From a virus (lineage: Duplodnaviria; Caudoviricetes): 59,921 nucleotides of DNA. This document shows positions 57,501 through 59,921 of the stretch, one piece after another. The notes below the pieces were generated by a model. It did no database searches and was not told the origin of the DNA. It saw only the letters and a program-made list of their open reading frames with translations. A program made the translations under genes and the position numbers. Every line of letters begins with the position of its first letter. The first letter of the stretch is position 1. The stretch is taken from the IMG/VR virus record IMGVR_UViG_3300037071_000511, positions 1 through 59,921 of that record, one strand, 5' to 3'.

Positions 57501-58081
57501 GACATCTGGACGCCGACGCCAATGCCCGCGCCCCGGCTGATGAGCGATGTGCCCACCATCGTGGCCATCGAGCCAAGCCCTTCGGTGAACGTCCGGGTCA
57601 GCGACTTCTCGTAATCCTCGGCGGCTTTGAATTGTTCTTGGGAGTATTTCTGTACCGCCGCGCCAGCCTGATAGAGCGGGCTCTTGGTAAGGTCTTCATC
57701 GCCAGCCCGTTGGATTTTGGACGCTGCAACCGCCGCCTCACGCAGTTGAGCGCGCTGCTCCGGTGTCGAATCCTGATAGAGCGTGGTGAGGCCCAGCAGA
57801 TCGGGATCGGTGATCTTGCCGGGCTCTTTGCCCGCATCGATGCGCGCGAAATAGCGGCCTGCGTTCTGCCAGTATTCCCGGGTATCGGCCGCAGCCACTG
57901 CCTGCGCGGCGGCCTGTCCCTCAAGCGCCGTCCCGGCAGCGCTGACTGCGCCACCCGCGATGCCCTTCACCACCTCGGTCGGGAACGAGCCTTCTTCCGC
58001 GTCAGGCAGACCGGCGAACGGATTGGTCGAGGCGTCTTCGTCGGCACCCGGGAGGTTGGCAAAGAAGTTGGCATCGGCCAT
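48545..58081 (-). CDS. Giant polyvalent internal-virion/ejection protein (ddrB-like ParB, zeta-toxin-like kinase, zincin, ART-like, GNAT, Gly zipper)
   Basis: LQPRDR...GAP..VESGNGR; GPPAAGKST; HHEVMH; LYR...SWS...EGE; SGMGT...Y.KWGF. Confidence 0.8.
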   Translation of the reverse strand: MADANFFANLPGADEDASTNPFAGLPDAEEGSFPTEVVKGIAGGAVSAAGTALEGQAAAQAVAAADTREYWQNAGRYFARIDAGKEPGKITDPDLLGLTTLYQDSTPEQRAQLREAAVAASKIQRAGDEDLTKSPLYQAGAAVQKYSQEQFKAAEDYEKSLTRTFTEGLGSMATMVGTSLISRGAGIGVGVQMSVGEQVDMALKQGASKEDVLQAANLSFFPGATEYAPLEAFFSKVPVGKWGKFADALVKLGKGFVVEGGQEGLQQFMQNKIAQFTYNPDQDPYENVAQSVAVGGAVGTTVTAAALPFTLGGEREAPAPEGQPRARYEPPAGAQPAEDIIPAEEALAVEPSPTMVVNDPAFTDESGVEQPAGPLHGMTVDVIKRGDNMTQVRLADGSITMIGNALLKPTVEVAEGAVKEALQPPEDERVASPRLTETDRSSPIPNDVIDDGKALVEVATGQPSTVTHTELVNGKRQVVQTPVADLTAELRANTAALIAQITGGVAPSPIATPGQQAAPPASAAEVGGTAAPAAAPAAVAPPVDTALERATAPTPAPPIEDVSDDAHPRSEDTQSFEEFVAKSKAHLAEREAKAEAIAEKGGSTRMEHQSRDGHRALIGPDMAEPGKFRITRFDKAGPFGHTTFNTLKEAANEALRDGYVPVEQPTAAEPPKQSELKAKLEANRGAAAPEVQARPETRPIKDDVAITASGRDVPVTYAVIEADDLIASQRDEGGVNPAYPGELQPRDRSRGTSDQQINKIAQNLNPALLDQNPNASDGAPIISEDGVVESGNGRVLAIRRAFTQGLATAKAYVDYLASKGYPVQGMRRPVLVRVRKGQLATDQRQAFTREANERTTLAMSATERALADAAAMKPETVELYRGGDIADAGNRDFVRSFMQQVVNPNEQAAMVTPEGGLSQEAIRRIQSALLARAYGDADLVGALVESTDTNIKAIGGALMDVAGVWAQMRDEAKSDAIDPDVDVTAAVLEAVRLVQRARSEGRPLAEFVAQKDIFSGSTISPAAEAILRLMFRNTASWTMPAGREKLADALRFYATEARKTTSGVDLLGETAPPATAILATAKARQYGETAVQEKLPGGDRATGKNAGAPSQGRAVETKPRPKAEGRPSPAPKAPAKEELTAKEAMAAQIKADGEKRAAAAKAQALAERQEAEAKAKEGAKFSRQMPTTDEPPPRRLGLVEKLLRKRALKKLKTPEALAAVKAMNDVPITSDEEGYWTPEWLAARRWNVKGAKVKLQEALDYLYDVAHGLATKEINEGIDYHNAKVRETGVGVRLDHVKPYTVENKRLAIIVQGPPAAGKSTIANALAYEFKAAITDVDEAKKVIPGYTAPDANGKMTPGMGANAVHNESKQLGDMVTDQLVSEGANLIIPTVGDQHGSIEWWRGMLEKNGYTVHLALLDVTQDTAARRMWKRFVEKGRLINPDFFMKVVAAPPYIFDYAKSKGKFASYVKIRSDDHLNARVSEATGKAPLLALGARFVAGGKIGAGRHVERRGRGQRPEKIRPGAGRAARQQEVAIARAAPSLLLPPAGRQETVVTPAENITYTTTPAFVAKAAGFLKSFRKILDGYGLKGVDLSVWEEVLVTQGEDEFNVNGVYLHDAINVALQIGSKPVASPEDALHHEVMHAIMELAATDSEKAILRRKSRKEWITDEIKRQYPQAQWVEEGITHAYVEWLNGARMDGMISRTFKKFKTFLKALYQALTGHDIRTAEDVFRQVQSGKIGGRTQVGAGIEVTSPGQASPSEPAWMEGQPWFSKVEPKRENFPRNVKEKLDRADQKLNTAVQEAIVEYTQWTPRGERVGTGAMSLAVRQGQGQLERAARGDDPALLDKIRADVEPILEILRDNYGPTVKLYRKQRQVAQGSKRTILSWSVSYDYASQGHQPAHKEGVQQEFQILSAEVPLDSEHILAVTDRGGEGEFILINRPENQVFVDATGKLVTEGAKFSKPAPEGFVQKGRAGDFEYGPIGKNQYIVRDRRTGELMRSAYPLTQYNHASSLATHLYMEEKRAAQPAPPVPTEIVDLFDGPAEQLVIPGAEKVSEKTLAQRRAEAPMRPTVGQKDVGELPLFGDEKNQLALFSKPLNLGGGEKAAVKTRIDAALNEAFATLFPNPLNNAEIGFANKEQTAAIMMQLENYGDALYVKWLSAYPQKSGMGTQGMEYLKELATKHNVPLALTTWDRGAIGAKKLAKIYTKWGFKLGKQGLMWWHPPTTENVAKFSKPPSGPNDARFSLLTAPHSAQQAQQVSQGFLNRGQPVDRAIRVPFDMLGGLDNQSRWRPGKRLTDKMGPAGIQGLGIGGVIGAGVGSAIGGPVGGAIGFAAGGSVGAYILGSKPWPTTGAFGFMGHFAENAKRGLIDGYGLDPEYIDTYRKSDLGKAAILRETQGVLKVLSNAGVGTAEAKVLQAVLTGENVTDADMIKLSVPIRKAIDDMGAEAVSLGLISAESFERNRGAYLHRVYAKNEVDQSTLAGWVSAKMSNRRKKIIGDELKGRGIFMDVEGDRLMQDVESFKSGGRGAPVLGEKFRVIDEVSTMASLTPGAAPVEKTLRRVYLPANETIPAKYQGANWVDRGTWEVRKQGKTNTLWRDYTKTERDKMGEIVDARYTIAKTFMLMANDLSTGRFFRDVAVKQEWTKSTPPPDGTWKDASEYGRFWEDPSIGWVKVPDTNIQGTGGKKRWGALAGKFVRAEIWRDLNEVDIANRPGTWRKLMSQFKKNKTGRNPVVHMNNINSNLVLMDLADVRMQDLAAGIKAFYKGDANYQEALDNGAFGGDQISQEIRDQVFKPILDEISKQTTGASNPFLARAGVLGVVADKLWTWAKTADDGMLRAYQAEDQLFRMATYMRRRSQGESPQVAAANARDQFLNYDIRAPWIVMMRNSLFPFISYTYRAVPKLAEGLMHRPWKVAKYMAIAYAVNALAYLWDDGDDGEERERAALRDEEQGYTWLGTPRMLRMPWRDAHGLPVFLDVRRWIPAGDIFDTSQGSSALPIPAPLQFGGPLQMAFEFMLNRQAFSGEDITNQLTQDAGDKFSGVADWAWKSWAPASFWTPRSWYWTKIANALYGAKEKYTDRPYSLTQAALSSIGIKFKPVDVENGIMWHFFDFQKVQRALTKEFRDNASDLDRGLISQSAHDSRAADIMSKFENLGQRVDEFDTRTRKPKKEPVQ
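53479..53679 (-). CDS. Nested out-of-frame small gene (66 aa) at the end of the zeta-toxin-like domain
   Basis: Hand count: 48/66 codons end in G/C in this frame vs 30/66 in the host frame; GAAAGG upstream. Confidence 0.5.
   Translation of the reverse strand: MSKSDRTTILTQESQRLREKHRSWLSEPGLSPEEKLERGDMLSEEAVANVQKKYGPAQAGRLGSKK
54664..54825 (-). CDS. Nested out-of-frame small gene (53 aa) after the ddrB-ParB module
   Basis: Hand count: 41/53 codons end in G/C in this frame vs 19/53 in the host frame; AAAGG upstream. Confidence 0.55.
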   Translation of the reverse strand: MAKQQSKKSSPVAIELLARTLEHQAKGEPSKLNRDRKLKDAQVLRQKHLPKRN

Positions 58082-58084
58082 CGA

Positions 58085-59077
58085 TCACAGCCCTGCGTCC
58101 GCTGGATCGACACCTGCCGCCTCAAGCGCGTTTCGCACCGCGGTCCTGCTCCTGCCAAGCCCACCCTGTTCCTTCGGCAGGATGGCCGTCTTGGCGTCCG
58201 AGATCAGCTTCTGCTTCTGAGCGGACGTGAGCGGGGTCTTCTCCTGTGTTGCGGACGACGGTGCCGCGGGCGATGCCGGTGCGGCCGGTGCCGTTGGAGC
58301 ATCCGCTGGTCCGTAGATGCTGTCAGTGATCGTCGCCGCTTTCTTCTGGGCGAAATCGAAATCATCCTCGCCCAGATTTTTCATGGTGCTCATGCCATCA
58401 ACGATCGACTTGAAGATGCCAGCCTGCGCCAGATCGCGGTTGGCGTTCTTGGCGTTGTAGACCAGCGCCATCGCCTTATCCTTGTCGACGCCGAGCGTGA
58501 GCAGATACTTGACGTTCTTCGCCTCGTTGGTGTCGTTATCCGAAATCGCCGGGACCATCGGCTTGCCCGTCGCCGGGTCGACCGGCATCGAGACAGGCTT
58601 GCCAGCCCGCATCATCACCGACGATCCATCCGCCTGCGTCTGGAAGGTCACGTTGAGGTCTTTCTGTGCCTCGATCTGCGCCTGCGCGATATCCTTTTGG
58701 GTATCGGTCTGCAGCTTGGTCTGCTTCTCGCCCGACTCGATCTGCGCATAAACCTCATCCCTGCGCGCATCGATCTGCGCTTGGGTCATCTTGGCACCTG
58801 TGTCGGTGGCATGCCGTGTCTCACCGACTTGTGCCATTCCAAGTTTTTCCTGAACGCCGAGTGTCGCCTGCGTCAGCTTCTCTTGGCTGGCACGGTTGGC
58901 AGCGCCCTCTTCTCGCAGGAACGCTTGGCGATTGGCCTCAAGGCGATCGGCGCGATCGTCGGCGAGTTGCTGCTTCTTTAGCTCGCGCCTGTGCTCGACA
59001 TCTGCAAGCATGCCGGTGCCAGCGCCGCCCACTGCCCCGGCGAATATCCCCGCAAGCGCCCCACCAAACCCAGCCAT
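58085..59077 (-). CDS. Internal virion / DNA-transfer protein
   Basis: Gly-rich hydrophobic N-terminus, Gln/Ala-rich helices; upstream of the giant gene. Confidence 0.6.
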   Translation of the reverse strand: MAGFGGALAGIFAGAVGGAGTGMLADVEHRRELKKQQLADDRADRLEANRQAFLREEGAANRASQEKLTQATLGVQEKLGMAQVGETRHATDTGAKMTQAQIDARRDEVYAQIESGEKQTKLQTDTQKDIAQAQIEAQKDLNVTFQTQADGSSVMMRAGKPVSMPVDPATGKPMVPAISDNDTNEAKNVKYLLTLGVDKDKAMALVYNAKNANRDLAQAGIFKSIVDGMSTMKNLGEDDFDFAQKKAATITDSIYGPADAPTAPAAPASPAAPSSATQEKTPLTSAQKQKLISDAKTAILPKEQGGLGRSRTAVRNALEAAGVDPADAGL

Positions 59078-59871
59078 CAGATTGCTCCCTGTCTTGCCGG
59101 TGTCTTTGCCTCGGCCGCCACGCCCAAGCCCTTCGGCTTGAAGCCCGCAGGCGCATTCGGCCCGCCCGGGCCACCTGCTTCGCCCGACTGATCACTGGCC
59201 GCCAGATCGCGCATGATCTTGTCCAGCGTGCCGTTCTGATCCATCTGCGACAGCCGATCGAGATCAGCCTTGGCCCCCTCCTGATCGATCTCGTCCACCC
59301 CTGCCAGCCGCTCGCGGAACATATCGAGCGCCACGAACCACGCCTTTTCCAGCGCGTCCGGGTCTTTCGAATAGTCCTTGATCTTGCCGATCGCCGACAC
59401 GTCGGCGAGTTCCTCAAGGATGTCAGCGCCCGCGTGATAGACAACATCCGGCTGCAGCGTTTCGCCCGCCTGCTCTGCCGCCTGCCCGACGCGCGCGACC
59501 ACCATTTCGGTCGCCGTCGCCAGCCCTTGGACCGGGTCGCCTTCCTGCGTGTCATCGCCGCCACCTTCGAGCATCTGCAGGATTTGGGGCCACATCTCGT
59601 CGGAATAGATCAACTCCCATGCCTTCTTGACGAAGTGATCCTTCTGCTCCTGCTCTTCCGGTGAGGCTTGGGTGATACCCTCTTCCTGATCGCTGACAGC
59701 CGGTGGCACGCCTGCATCCGGCCCCTCTTCAGGTGGCACGCCATCGACCGGCTCCTCATCCGGCGTCGGCTCCATCTGTTCCTGTCCGGGCTGCTCACCC
59801 GGTTCTTCAGGTGGCAGGCCGCCGGGTGGCGGGACGCCGGGCCGTTGCATACGGGGATCGAGCGGGGGCAT
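59077..59871 (-). CDS. Acidic Pro-rich protein of the ejection module
   Basis: AGGAG RBS; 264 aa; coupled to the next gene. Confidence 0.6.
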   Translation of the reverse strand: MPPLDPRMQRPGVPPPGGLPPEEPGEQPGQEQMEPTPDEEPVDGVPPEEGPDAGVPPAVSDQEEGITQASPEEQEQKDHFVKKAWELIYSDEMWPQILQMLEGGGDDTQEGDPVQGLATATEMVVARVGQAAEQAGETLQPDVVYHAGADILEELADVSAIGKIKDYSKDPDALEKAWFVALDMFRERLAGVDEIDQEGAKADLDRLSQMDQNGTLDKIMRDLAASDQSGEAGGPGGPNAPAGFKPKGLGVAAEAKTPARQGAI

Positions 59872-59921
59872 TTCACGCCACTCCTATGTATTTGGAGGAT
59901 TGCCAGTCCCACTTCTGTTCC

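Overview
The window is most of a high-GC tailed (podovirus-like) phage genome, probably from an alphaproteobacterial host. The host inference rests on promoters matching the rhizobial CTTGAC-N17-CTATAT sigma70 pattern. The window cuts through the virion module at both ends. Minus strand, 1-25.9 kb: tail nozzle and adaptor, N4-gp56-type major capsid, scaffold, portal, fibre genes, terminase, AAA_25 helicase and VRR-NUC. Plus strand, 25.9-46.8 kb: an adenine MTase, a DnaA-C HTH protein, many small early genes, Mom-like and DndB-like genes, an HNH nuclease and a Bet recombinase. Minus strand, 46.8-59.9 kb: a lysis cassette, a 3178-aa polyvalent protein and other probable ejection proteins. No integrase, CI-type repressor, DNA polymerase, tRNA or CRISPR array was recognised. 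Four observations stand out. (1) A P22-type large terminase is split into separate ATPase and nuclease genes about 11.2 kb apart. (2) Two small out-of-frame genes appear nested inside the giant gene, each right after an effector domain, as candidate built-in antitoxins. (3) At least six sigma70 promoters carry a shared (T)TCGTAGTAC box, and an orphan BrnA-like RHH gene sits at a face-to-face promoter. (4) A tail-fibre domain is copied into an early gene. All family calls come from motif recognition by eye, not database searches.
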